From the NCBI GenBank assembly GCA_002811645.1, contig PDIP01000005.1:259198-323197 (forward strand): a DNA stretch of 64,000 nt, read 5' to 3'. The position numbers and the translations under genes were made by a program. A model generated the notes under the pieces. It was not told the origin of the DNA. It saw only the letters and a list, made by a program, of their open reading frames with translations, and did not search any database. Position 1 is the first letter of the stretch. Each line of letters opens with the position of its first letter. This document shows, piece by piece, positions 52,192 through 62,712 of this stretch. This DNA is from Corallochytrium limacisporum Hawaii (Eukaryota > Protista > Pluriformea).

Positions 52192-53117
52192 ACTGGTCGG
52201 GTTCCAACGATTTGAATCGACTGACAATCCAATTACATGCGCTTGGAAATCATCCGATGCTATAGTTCCGCGCACCTACCAGCGGGTTGAAGTACCCTGT
52301 CACTCTCGTCTGCTTCATCACCGGGAGCGAGTTCGGCCGCAAAGAACAATTCCCTTAGGTTCTTCCCGCACGCCTTGCGGCCCCGACTCGCCCGGGACCT
52401 GGCGGAGGACGGGGGAAGGGGGAAAGCGAGAAAAGGCGTAAGCCCCCCTCCCCTCAGATTTTCGTAGCGAATTGCGCAGCAGACCGGGAGAAAATTATGT
52501 TTCGTAATGGGTGTGGACAATATTCACGATCGCGTATCCAGCACTGTTCCACGTTGACAGGCGGGTCGTGGCGTCGGTGCGCGGGAGGTGTGCCGCCGCT
52601 AATGGAACCCCACGGGGATGAGTCAGGAAGCGGGGTACAATGTTTGTCTTCTTTCTGCCAGAGACACACATGTACTCTCCCTCTCTCTCTGTGTCTGTGT
52701 TTGTGTGAATGTTTATGCGACAGTGCATGTCATTATCTGTCCCTACTTTTCAATACCATGCTAGGATGGGTTCTATTCATAGATGGATGTTGCGGTAAAT
52801 ATTCGTCAGGGGGCTGTTGCTGTGTTAGCAATCTCCTGACATCCGGTGTAAATACGCATTCTACGTGTATGGGGCTGATCCCAGGAAAGTCTCAATGCCC
52901 GTTATTGGCTTTGCATGGCAAGGTGATGCGTTTGAGTCCTAACGAACGGTGCTATGTACTTTACTACTGTAACTATGTCCAAACGGTCAAGGACCGAAAG
53001 AATCGAATTGGCCCGCCGAAGCAACAAAGTCACAGGTCTGCCAATGACAAAATGGCACATGAATGGATGGAACGTAATGAAATGTGTTAAATGCCGGGGC
53101 CCCTACAACGGGCTAGC

Positions 53118-54185
53118 TCATGCTTCCTCCAGAAGCAAGTACATCACATTGACGGCAAAAAGATGGACAATGCGAAGTCTCAGGGCGGGATACAAGGACC
53201 AAATACCTTCTTCTGCGACCATGCGGGACATGCAGTCGAAAAGACCATCGTAGGCCACATGGTCAGGTCGGTATAGCCTCGAATCAGGATCACAGAGCAG
53301 CGCCTGGATCTCCAAGCGGCGCCGGGCCGTCTCAACTGGTGCACGAACCGCCAGATTAGTTAGATTTAGCAGACTGTCTGCAAAGAACCATTGTAGTATT
53401 GAACCATCAAACTCCAAACCTAGAATCAGGGACAGAATCACCTCATTGCTGAAAGAGAAGAAAGCTCCAATGGAATCGCTGACGGCGCTGGCCGTGGCCG
53501 CAGTGAAATACCCGTTGTATCCGTCCTCAAACTCGTAAATTCCCTTCAGTGTTGCCTCCCTGTCAGTTGCCGCATTGCCCAAAATAAAGCGACGCGTCTG
53601 AATGAGTTTCAATGGCGCTAGTACGTAGCCAGTAATGGCATGAGTGAAGACATTCTCAGCCCACAATTCTCCAAAGCTGGAGATATCAATAACCAGGCCA
53701 CCCTCGTCATCCTCCTCTGCGGCTTGCACCAAGCCGCGGCCGTATAAGTACAAGGTGTCCATAGTGTCCTGAATGGTGGGATGTAGGATGCTCAGAAGCA
53801 TCGATGTTTGGAGACCCGCAAAGTGAGCACGCCATCCATTGGCCTTCTGGTTGAAGCCAATGACACGAAACATACCGCCCTGAATCGAAGCCTTCGCGGC
53901 ACCGATGGTAGCCTGCTGCGCGGGCAAATAACTGTCATCATAGCTACCATCAACATCCACATCAGAATCCTGTTGCATGTCTTCCGTCATGTTGGAGTCT
54001 TGGGAGAGGATCTGCTGCTGGCGTCGCTGCATAACAATCGGTCCGCACTGACAGATCGCAAGCGCACGTTCGAATGGTGCGACCATAACCGTGTACGAAC
54101 CCTTCCCGACCGCAATCAGGGTCAATTCGCCCATGATAATACCAAGCATGGACCCCACGCCAGGGCTTGCAGTCGACGCGGACAT
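53118..54185 (-). CDS. SLC25A46/Ugo1-like degenerate mitochondrial carrier (outer membrane)
   Basis: Carrier signatures APFERALAICQ, APLKLIQTR, APVETARRRLEIQ and YDGLFDCMSRMVAEEGIWSLY, with acidic insertions as in SLC25A46/Ugo1. Confidence 0.72.
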   Translation of the reverse strand: MSASTASPGVGSMLGIIMGELTLIAVGKGSYTVMVAPFERALAICQCGPIVMQRRQQQILSQDSNMTEDMQQDSDVDVDGSYDDSYLPAQQATIGAAKASIQGGMFRVIGFNQKANGWRAHFAGLQTSMLLSILHPTIQDTMDTLYLYGRGLVQAAEEDDEGGLVIDISSFGELWAENVFTHAITGYVLAPLKLIQTRRFILGNAATDREATLKGIYEFEDGYNGYFTAATASAVSDSIGAFFSFSNEVILSLILGLEFDGSILQWFFADSLLNLTNLAVRAPVETARRRLEIQALLCDPDSRLYRPDHVAYDGLFDCMSRMVAEEGIWSLYPALRLRIVHLFAVNVMYLLLEEA

Positions 54186-54759
54186 GATTCTTCACGATAG
54201 GGAAAAGTTGAGCTGATCTTGAGCTCCGTGAAAGCTGTGTTTATCTACAGGCGGAAGTCTTTTACTAACTAGTTTCACTGAAATACATCATCGTAACGTT
54301 TCAGTGCACAGATGTATGAATCTCCGTACGACCCCGTGCGTCCATGATTGCTAAGAAGAGAACCATTCTAACAACGTAGAACATCAGGCTGTTTTGGAGT
54401 ACTCGGCCACATTCCTTGTGAGCCACCCGTACCGCGCGGGTGAGAGCTGGAGGGGGATTTAAAGGTCGGGTCTGTAGAAATACTGGAATATACGGAATCA
54501 TGAAATTGATTTTACATCTGAGCTATCCAGTACTTGACTCTTACAAAAATCAGATTTGAGCTGGGGAAAGGGAGATCGGGTGCTGTTCTCTTCTCTCTCG
54601 CTGTGTATGGCCTTCGCGCGCGCTTCAGCAGGGAACGGGGAAAACGTTGCAAGAGATCTTGGTGACCTCGGAACCTGGTATGGATTCCATGAGCCATGGA
54701 AAAAATTGAAGCTATTGAAAGAGTGTGATCAGTATGACGAGATTTTGAAGAGCTAGTGA

Positions 54760-54767
54760 TGACGTCA
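54760..54767. promoter_or_regulatory. Palindromic CRE/ATF element TGACGTCA about 105 bp upstream of the KAT6-like ATG
   Basis: Exact 8-mer palindrome. Function untested. Confidence 0.25.
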
Positions 54768-54871
54768 ACGGACTGTGAATGTAAAGAGGAAGTTGGTATG
54801 GGTACCCAGAGTGCCCCCTTCGCTCAGAACGTCATGAACAACTTTGCATCGACGTAAACCAAAACACAAAG

Positions 54872-57073
54872 ATGGGCCGACCACGGGGAAGACCCCCTAA
54901 ACGAGGCCGGCCGCCGAAAACTGATGCACAGCGAGCCGAACGAGAGGCTGCCAAATTGCAAACTACAAGCTCAAATGGTGTTTTGGGTAGCACTGAGGAG
55001 CTTACCGGCCAGTCTGCATCTCGCTTGAGCGGTCCTGAACTGGACAAAGTGCTGAAGAAGATGGAGATCTGTAGCATTTGCACCAAACTGGGTCCAAGAC
55101 ATCAGAACAAGTACAAGCGCATGGTGTGTTGCAGTGACTGTGCCAACAAGGGCCATGACGAGTGCCTGGAATTCAACCCGTTGCTGGCATACAGAGTCCG
55201 CAATTACGATTGGCAATGCATGGAATGCAAACGCTGTATGGTTTGCAAGGAAAAAGGTGATGAAAATGAATTGCTATTTTGTGATGGTTGCGATCGGGGT
55301 TGGCACTTGAGTTGTATGAACATGTCAGAACTACCAAAAGGTGACTACTTCTGTCGCATCTGCAACGAAGAAGGGATCACTGACCAAGCTAGCCTCCAAG
55401 CAGCGGTACTTGCGCCATCAAAGGCAATTGATGCGCCCACTACTCCGAACCGTGACGCTGGTGATGAAAAAGATGGGACTGGGAGAAAACGAAGAGCTGC
55501 AGCCCTCGCCGTGGGCAAAATGGTCGACAGCCTGCGGACACCGCGCAACGAGGAGGATGATGGTATTCTGAGTCCAAATGGTGAATACGTTGGTCGAACT
55601 CCTCTACTGCAATCACCTAAGTCCAAGCAAAACACGCCAACAACGGAGAAACGCGGCCCCGGAAGGCCTCGGGGTCGTCCTCCATTGGGTCGACCGCGCG
55701 GTAGACCGCGCGGCCGACCCAAACTAAACCAAGGAGGCACAAAGCACACTGATCTCCAGGAGAGGAGCAATTCATTCCTGCAGAAGCTCCTAGCAGCAGA
55801 AGAGAGGAAGCGTAGTCCGGCCTCCGGGTTTCCTGCAGGTCAGGCACCAGTCAAGCGTAAGCGTGGTCGTCCACGTTTGCATAATCCAAGTCCTCGAGAG
55901 GTGCCAGCACCTTCACCAGTCCCGCAGGCGCCACAGGTACAGACATTGGTACAAGCAATTCCCTCCAGTAGTCTGCTAGAGTCCTACTATCAGTCTGCAA
56001 TTCGCCAGGGCATGGAAAGTGGCGCAAATCTCACTAGCATTGTGTCCCTATCAGAGATCAAGAATGAAGCAGCCTTGAAGCATTTGCAGATCTTCAACCC
56101 ATCGGAACAAGACTGGGATATCTTCTGCACTGCAGTGAAGAAGGCAGAGGAAGACGTTTACAAGAAGCAACAGATGCCGGGTGGCAGACCCCTGGGACAC
56201 ATAGTGATGGCGGGATACGAAGTCGAGACTTGGTACAGTTCACCTTATCCTGAAGAGTATGCAAAGTTGTCGACGTTGTACATTTGTGAGTACTGTCTCA
56301 AGTTTATGAAGTCCGCCGACATCCTGGAGCGTCACGCAGGACAGTGTCCGTGGCGATTTCCGCCAGGAGACGAGATTCACAGACAAGACGACCTCAGTGT
56401 GTTTGAGGTCGACGGAAACAAGAGCAAATTGTATTGTCAGAACCTGTGCCTATTTGCAAAGCTGTTCTTGGACCACAAGACACTTTACTACGATGTTGAA
56501 CCGTTCTTGTTCTACGTCCTAACCGAACGCGATGAGAATGGCTTTCACATTGTAGGATACTTCAGTAAGGAGAAACACTCGGTAAATGACTACAATGTGA
56601 GTTGTATCCTTACAATGCCATTTATCCAACGGAAGGGATACGGGAGGTACCTCATAGACTTCAGCTATGCATTGTCCAAGGTGGAAGGCAAGGAAGGCTC
56701 GCCGGAGAAGCCACTGTCTGACCTTGGGTTGATCAGTTATCGTGCGTACTGGCGCAGTGTTCTGTTGGAATATTTGGAAGAGCATGGCATAGAGAACTTT
56801 GACATTCTTGATTTCTGCAAGAAGACCTCCATCACTGCGTATGACATTGTGAGCACACTTCAGGCGTTCGGCATGATCAAGTACTGGGATGGTGAGCACT
56901 ATATTCATCTCAAAGACAGCGTTGTCGAACACTTTCGTGCACAGCAGGCCAGGCGCAAGGTGAAGGTCGACCAGACCAAGCTCCGTTGGAAGCCCTTCCA
57001 GTATCCCAGCGCTATCGGTGACGGCAAGGATGATGGCTCGGGCCAAGTGTCACCGACACAGCATGCTGGATGA
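54872..57073 (+). CDS. KAT6: MYST histone acetyltransferase with double PHD finger and AT-hooks (KAT6A/B-like)
   Basis: DPF (CSIC...CSDC...H..C...WQCMECKRC..C...LLFCDGCDRGWH..C), multiple GRP AT-hooks, and MYST domain (TWYSSPYP, C2HC finger, QRKGYG, GSPEKPLSDLG). Confidence 0.9.
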   Translation: MGRPRGRPPKRGRPPKTDAQRAEREAAKLQTTSSNGVLGSTEELTGQSASRLSGPELDKVLKKMEICSICTKLGPRHQNKYKRMVCCSDCANKGHDECLEFNPLLAYRVRNYDWQCMECKRCMVCKEKGDENELLFCDGCDRGWHLSCMNMSELPKGDYFCRICNEEGITDQASLQAAVLAPSKAIDAPTTPNRDAGDEKDGTGRKRRAAALAVGKMVDSLRTPRNEEDDGILSPNGEYVGRTPLLQSPKSKQNTPTTEKRGPGRPRGRPPLGRPRGRPRGRPKLNQGGTKHTDLQERSNSFLQKLLAAEERKRSPASGFPAGQAPVKRKRGRPRLHNPSPREVPAPSPVPQAPQVQTLVQAIPSSSLLESYYQSAIRQGMESGANLTSIVSLSEIKNEAALKHLQIFNPSEQDWDIFCTAVKKAEEDVYKKQQMPGGRPLGHIVMAGYEVETWYSSPYPEEYAKLSTLYICEYCLKFMKSADILERHAGQCPWRFPPGDEIHRQDDLSVFEVDGNKSKLYCQNLCLFAKLFLDHKTLYYDVEPFLFYVLTERDENGFHIVGYFSKEKHSVNDYNVSCILTMPFIQRKGYGRYLIDFSYALSKVEGKEGSPEKPLSDLGLISYRAYWRSVLLEYLEEHGIENFDILDFCKKTSITAYDIVSTLQAFGMIKYWDGEHYIHLKDSVVEHFRAQQARRKVKVDQTKLRWKPFQYPSAIGDGKDDGSGQVSPTQHAG

Positions 57074-57332
57074 AACAAGAAACACTCAGAAACTTAATAC
57101 ATCCATGTGTCAGTCATTTTAAAGGCGCTTCATTTTCCGCAAATCAGGTTACCTCAGTATCTTACAGGTGGAGGGGGAAAGGCGGTTCCTGCGCCGAGGA
57201 GACGCAAGGTGCACTGTCTTTGGCCTGGAGAGAAGGTCGTTGATGACTCTTTCACTTTCGCACAACTACACGATTTCGAATTCACAACGTTATCAAATTC
57301 TAACACGATGTGTATAGCAACAGTAACAAGAT

Positions 57333-59006
57333 CTATCCTCCCTCAACCAGCTTGTCCTTCTCCAAGGAAGTTACCAAATTCCAGGAAACAATGTTGCCAT
57401 CCAAATCACCGCTCATGAGCACGTTGCGGCCAGAAAGGCTCCATTCGCAGACAGTGACGCTACGCTTGTGCTGGCCCTTTGCGCGCCCGACGAAGCGACC
57501 AGTCTTGGGCTCATACAGGCGAACATTGCGGCTGTCGGTAGCGACAGCCAGGAATGAGCCTCCCGGTTGGAAGCGACAGCGATTGGCTTCACTGCCAATG
57601 GGTTGGCTCCAAACAGGCCTGGCCAGAGAGCGGAAATCCCAGACCTTGACCGTTTTGTCCTCTGACGTAGACGCCAGGTACTTTTGCTTTTGCATGAAAT
57701 CCGTAGATGTTACTCCACCATTGTGTCCCTCAGCGACCTGCATGACCGGCCCAGTGGTCGGGTCTCGGAAATCCCAGATCCGGAACGTCCGATCATAGCC
57801 GGACGTGCAGATCAGTCCGTCTCCTTCGTTGATGCTTAGGTGCGTTATTCCCCGCTCGTGGCCGCGGAGATCAGTAACGACCTTCTGTGCCGTCAGATCC
57901 CACACCTTTGCAAGACAATCCCACGATGCTGTCACCGCAATATTGCGACCGATAAAATCAGCACCGCTGACCACCGACGTATGTCCGGTGAGCTTTGCTA
58001 CCGGCTCTGGACTCTCCTGTTCTACAACACCGCCTTCCTCGTTGACCAAAGAGTACCGTCTCCTGCTTCTATCACCCGGCGATCCTGTCACTGTCGTCAT
58101 GCGCCAATTGGATTCAAAGCCGGAGAAGTTCCAGACGTGGGCCATACCATCACCACTGGCAGTTATTGCAGCTCCGTTGGGGTGGAAGTTGATGCTGTTC
58201 ACCGCTCCGCGGTGATGAGAATAGCGTGCCACTGCTTGCCCACTTTCCCAGTGCCAAATCTTGGCCACACCATCCAGTGAAGCGGTACCAAAGAAGAGCT
58301 GCTCCTTGACCTGACTACCGTTGGTTTGGAAAATGTCATCTACGTCAAGGGTCTGTCCTGGAGTGGATGGTTTCCGCAATGCTCCATCGAATTCCAGTCC
58401 ACCCATGCCTCGAACACTCTTGACATCAAGGATGCCATCGTGGTGAGCAGGCAATGACTTTATCACAGCAATAAGTGGCCTCGACCTCTGTGCACCTTGC
58501 TGCTTGAATCCTTTCACACGATCGCTCAAAAGGGAACCCATTCGAGTCATTCGTGCTTCCACGAGTCCTAGCATGTCCTTCTGATTTCCACTGCTGATAT
58601 TGGCTTCTTTGCGTGCCACTGATCCACTTGCTGTTGGGGATGTATCCATCACATTCTCATTGGTCGGTGTTATTGACTCCCGTTCCATGCCCGATAGTCG
58701 ATTAATCTGTTGCTGTTGGTCGTGCACTTTAAGACGAAGTTGATTATTTTCTTCCATTAAATGCTCAATTTCATTTGTTAGTGACTTTAGCATTCCATTT
58801 AATCGATTCTTTCTGGACGCTACAACCTCTTGGGCAATATATTGATAAGCTTTCGATCCCGGTTTGGCCTTTTCGTGCATCAATGGATCGCTGACTCGTC
58901 TCTTTTCGACGACTCCATCATCAAGATCTAGTCCCTTGTTCATCATAGTTTGGCCACGTGGCCTGCCATCTTGCCATATGGCTCGAGCTCGAGGATCTCC
59001 TTCCAT
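57333..59006 (-). CDS. WDR37: WD repeat-containing protein 37
   Basis: N-terminal coiled coil EIEHLMEENNQLR. HHDGILDV, GTASLDGVAKIW...Y..HRGAVNSINFHP...TASGDGMAHVW, and further WD40 repeats. Confidence 0.85.
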   Translation of the reverse strand: MEGDPRARAIWQDGRPRGQTMMNKGLDLDDGVVEKRRVSDPLMHEKAKPGSKAYQYIAQEVVASRKNRLNGMLKSLTNEIEHLMEENNQLRLKVHDQQQQINRLSGMERESITPTNENVMDTSPTASGSVARKEANISSGNQKDMLGLVEARMTRMGSLLSDRVKGFKQQGAQRSRPLIAVIKSLPAHHDGILDVKSVRGMGGLEFDGALRKPSTPGQTLDVDDIFQTNGSQVKEQLFFGTASLDGVAKIWHWESGQAVARYSHHRGAVNSINFHPNGAAITASGDGMAHVWNFSGFESNWRMTTVTGSPGDRSRRRYSLVNEEGGVVEQESPEPVAKLTGHTSVVSGADFIGRNIAVTASWDCLAKVWDLTAQKVVTDLRGHERGITHLSINEGDGLICTSGYDRTFRIWDFRDPTTGPVMQVAEGHNGGVTSTDFMQKQKYLASTSEDKTVKVWDFRSLARPVWSQPIGSEANRCRFQPGGSFLAVATDSRNVRLYEPKTGRFVGRAKGQHKRSVTVCEWSLSGRNVLMSGDLDGNIVSWNLVTSLEKDKLVEGG

Positions 59007-60821
59007 GATGACTATTGTGTTATCTTTGTTGACTGTTCCCCAGTCAAGTCATCACTGTCCTTTCTTTACGCAAGGCTCTACTAGCCTCAGAGACCAAGAT
59101 TGCTTCGGTACTACATAATGAAGCAAGAGATTCATAGCATAACAAGCTTCACAAACCATGCAAGCATATGAACAACGCTGTCTGACGTACCTGAGGCGGT
59201 ACTTCAAGCACAGGCCCCCGGAGCCGTCCGCGGATGATCAGGCAGCGAGACCCGTCCCGCTCTTTCCTGTTCAAATTCTGTGTATTCGTGGTGTGTGTTA
59301 GGTCTCTATGTGCCCGGGGAACGTTCTGGTTGGTTACCTGCTCGGTCCCAAACCCCACCCAATTTGTTGAAGGGTGGAAGAAAGGAATACCTGCAGGCTG
59401 TGCCTGCCTTTTCGGCTCCCATACACTCCGCTTTCATTCGGACCGTGCCAGGAGCAACCCCATTTGTATAAGGCACAATTAAATTTTTGCGTCGCCCAGC
59501 CTGGTTTTCCAAGAACTATTACAAGTGACTGAGAAATACTCCTCTCTTCCGTAGTCACCTCTTGTTGTTGCTGTAATTTTTGGGTGCTGTCTGTGTGGGT
59601 GCCTCTGCGGCGGATGAAAGTCCAAGGTCCAAGACACCAAATTTGTCGCTATCATCTACTATCATGCTAAATCTGCCAATGCAGAATGGCCGCAACAACA
59701 TATATGGTGCACGAGCCATGGGCCCGATATGAGAGTGGCCCATTGTCGCTGGCTTATCGATGGGTTTGAAGCTCAAAGACGTACGGAGGAGAGGACGTTG
59801 CGAGCAAGGTCCGGAGTGACGTACAAAAGCACTCTCCTGCACCCCTGCTCGCCGCATGTTACCAAAGTTAGAGAAGTCCAAGGCTCTGGCATGGAGCGCG
59901 GGAGATGCCAGAATTTGTAAGCCAGTAGGCAGACGAGTGCTGATCCGATCACTTTGCACGGATCTTGTTGCACTGCGCTCTCTTCGAAAGAAGGATTTAC
60001 TGCCCGACCTCACCCGGGCACCCCGAACCCGATTCTACTACAAATTAGACCCCTATTTCGAGGCCAACTCAAGAAGAGTACTAGACCCGGGCAGCCTCGC
60101 CTGAAAATATAGGTAATGAGGTTATCAGTTCACAACAAACTATGCTATCGGCAATCCAATTCGCCCGTTCTGCTCCCTGCCCCCCTCCCCCTCCCAGGAG
60201 GCAACTGTGTTCCTCTGTTATTATTCTTTTTGTTTGTTGCCTTCAGGTGAAAACGAAGGAAAGAATGTTAGCAGTATAGCGCATTGTGTGCGCTTGCGAT
60301 GTTTGAAACGTGAAACGCTGCGGTGAGTTTTCGTCCTCTTTCGTGTGTGTGCCCTGAGTGTCTCGGGTTCGCTACTAGAAGTACCGAACTCTGTGGGAAA
60401 GGACCAGACGCGCAGCTACCAGTCAGCCAGCAGCAGCCAGTTAAGAAGATAACTACTGGTTGCCCGAAGAAAACCAAAAATCTGTCGCAGCAGTCACACT
60501 CTCTTGCTTATTTGTACACTGCTTGCGTTTGGACGTTGTGGGTCACTTTGTGTTTGTCTTTGCCTTTCACCGTATTATTTTTAGAAACGAAAGCATTGGG
60601 AGTGTAGGAGTAACCGGTTTTTTGTGGTCGAGATCAGTTACTTCAAATGACAGGCCAAGAAAAATACTCAGGTTTGTTTGCCTGGTTTTAGAAGATATAT
60701 TTGGGTTCTAGTTATTAGTACTGCAAGGAATCCTGTTGTTCTACTAAGCATGTAAGCTATAGATATATGCGCATCAAGTAAAGCACCATACAACGAAACC
60801 AATCCATAGTTCGAAAAAACT

Positions 60822-61958
60822 ATGGCACAGCAACGGGAAGGACTCAATTTCCGTGCCCTTGGCACAGGCGGTGGACCCAGAACGCCAGGAAAAACACCAC
60901 CGCCGACCGCACCCCGGAAAGTTGTTCGCCCACAAAGGCTGAACATGAAAAAACTCGATCTTAAGGTACCGCAACGGGCCTACAGAATTACAGAGAATGG
61001 TAGCTTGGTTTACAAAGATACTGTAATTAGCAATAAGCCGACCTTTGAAGTGCGGGGAGAAGAAACCTTCACCTGCGAACCAGGTAGTTTACAGATTGAA
61101 GACTTGATTGGTAAGGGTAGCCATGGAAATGTTTACAAAGTCCGGATAGAATCGAATGAAGGCGATACTCGCCAGAAAGAATTGGTGATTGCTCTGAAGC
61201 AGATTGACCTAAACATTAATGAGGAAACTATGAAAAATATTACTCGGGAACTTGCTGTGTTGACGAAGAGTCGCAACCCCTTCATTGTAGATTTCTATGG
61301 TTCTTATTTCGGCGAAGGGAAATTGAATCTTTGCATGGAGTACATGAACGGAGGTTCCTTGGACGTGCTGTTCACTCTGGACCATCCTATCCCCGAGAAC
61401 ATTATCCAGAAGATCGCATACATGCTATCTAACGCTTTGCGGTATATGAAAGCCAACAACTGGATCCATCGGGACATCAAGCCCTCGAATATGCTGGTCA
61501 ATCGTGCAGGTGTGATGAAGCTGTGTGATTTTGGTGTAAGTGGTGAATTGGAGCGAAGTATGGCAGATACCTACGTGGGATCAAAGAACTATATGGCGCC
61601 TGAAAGGATCAAACCGGGTCTGTCGGGTTATGATATTCGATCCGATGTGTGGAGCGTTGGCATCAGTATGTGGGAAATGGCAGAGGGCAAGTATCCCTAT
61701 CCGCGCAGTGATACCATCTTCGAGCTCTTGCGTTTTATTGTGGAGGAACCATCGCCAAAGCTGTCAGCAGACAAATACTCAGAGGATTTCGTTAGCTTCA
61801 TCAACGACACGTTGGAAAAGGATCCAGTCAACCGTCCGAACCTAGACGAACTCATCAAGCACCCGTGGCTTATCGCTTTGGGTAGCGTTGAAGAGACTGG
61901 TGATGAGAGCCTAGCCGAGTTCGTGAACGAGAGGTTGGAATTGCTTAAGAAGGTCTAA
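60822..61958 (+). CDS. MAP kinase kinase (STE7 family, probably stress-activated type)
   Basis: GKGSHG, HRDIKPSN, DFGVSGELERSMADTYVGSKNYMAPERI and YDIRSDVWS. N-terminal Pro-rich segment and a MAPK docking-like motif KKLDLKV. Confidence 0.93.
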   Translation: MAQQREGLNFRALGTGGGPRTPGKTPPPTAPRKVVRPQRLNMKKLDLKVPQRAYRITENGSLVYKDTVISNKPTFEVRGEETFTCEPGSLQIEDLIGKGSHGNVYKVRIESNEGDTRQKELVIALKQIDLNINEETMKNITRELAVLTKSRNPFIVDFYGSYFGEGKLNLCMEYMNGGSLDVLFTLDHPIPENIIQKIAYMLSNALRYMKANNWIHRDIKPSNMLVNRAGVMKLCDFGVSGELERSMADTYVGSKNYMAPERIKPGLSGYDIRSDVWSVGISMWEMAEGKYPYPRSDTIFELLRFIVEEPSPKLSADKYSEDFVSFINDTLEKDPVNRPNLDELIKHPWLIALGSVEETGDESLAEFVNERLELLKKV

Positions 61959-62136
61959 GTGTTTTGCATGTACCCATAGGTAATTTCGTTTAGCTATATT
62001 TGTATTCGAGCATGTCTTCTAGTGTGCCTGGATAACAACCCAAATCACATAATGTCACTGCATTGAATTAAACACACTCACTTCTACAAAAATGAAAATA
62101 CTACTTCTCATGGTCGCCGCAAACAGGACTGTTAGT

Positions 62137-62712
62137 TTACGCGTTGTCTTTCACGAACTTCAAGACATTCTCGGCAGAAGACTCGGTCAAACCACCACCA
62201 TTCTCCTTAAAAACTTGAATGATCTTGCCATCGTTAATGACCAGGGCGAAACGACTGTAGACTTTGTGACCGAAGACTGGAGGGGCGTCCAGAACTTCCT
62301 CAAGCTGGATGGCACCCTTGGCTTCGGGGTCTGTCACCAGCTTCACCTTCTTGTCAGTATCGTAAAATTTCTGGAACTCGCCGGCAGCGAAAGCGTTGTC
62401 AGCCGTGATGCACACGATCTCAGGGTAGCCGGCAGCGGCGAACTCATCAGCCAGTTTGACGAAACCGGGATAGTGCTGGGCAGTGCAAGTAGGAGTGAAA
62501 GCGCCAGGCATGGCAAAGAGGACACCCTTCTTACCAGCGAACATGTCCGTCAGAGAGACCTTAGAGTCGACCTTGCCGTCCACCTGGACTTCAACAGCAG
62601 GCACTTGATCACCGGCCTTAACCATGGTTGGATTGGTAGTGTGGAGGTTTCTGGTTAAATGACTTGCTACGCGTGGGGCGAAGTTATTCTTTGTGACGAT
62701 GGTGCGGAGCAT
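62137..62712 (-). CDS. PRDX5: Peroxiredoxin-5 family (type II Prx) with mitochondrial presequence
   Basis: Active site PGAFTPTCT..H.PGF, SRFALVINDG, and an Arg-rich presequence before a second Met (MVKAGD). Confidence 0.92.
   Translation of the reverse strand: MLRTIVTKNNFAPRVASHLTRNLHTTNPTMVKAGDQVPAVEVQVDGKVDSKVSLTDMFAGKKGVLFAMPGAFTPTCTAQHYPGFVKLADEFAAAGYPEIVCITADNAFAAGEFQKFYDTDKKVKLVTDPEAKGAIQLEEVLDAPPVFGHKVYSRFALVINDGKIIQVFKENGGGLTESSAENVLKFVKDNA

Noticed and set aside
52497-53090. 197-aa Cys-rich plus-strand ORF
   Set aside because: Low-complexity TG/CT sequence with no coding-like composition. It overlaps a promoter and a 3' UTR.
59555-60104. Several 60-150 aa ORFs between WDR37 and MAP2K, and similar ones at 62800-63650 and 15500-16900
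   Set aside because: No recognisable motifs. They cannot be supported as genes or pseudogenes without a homology search.
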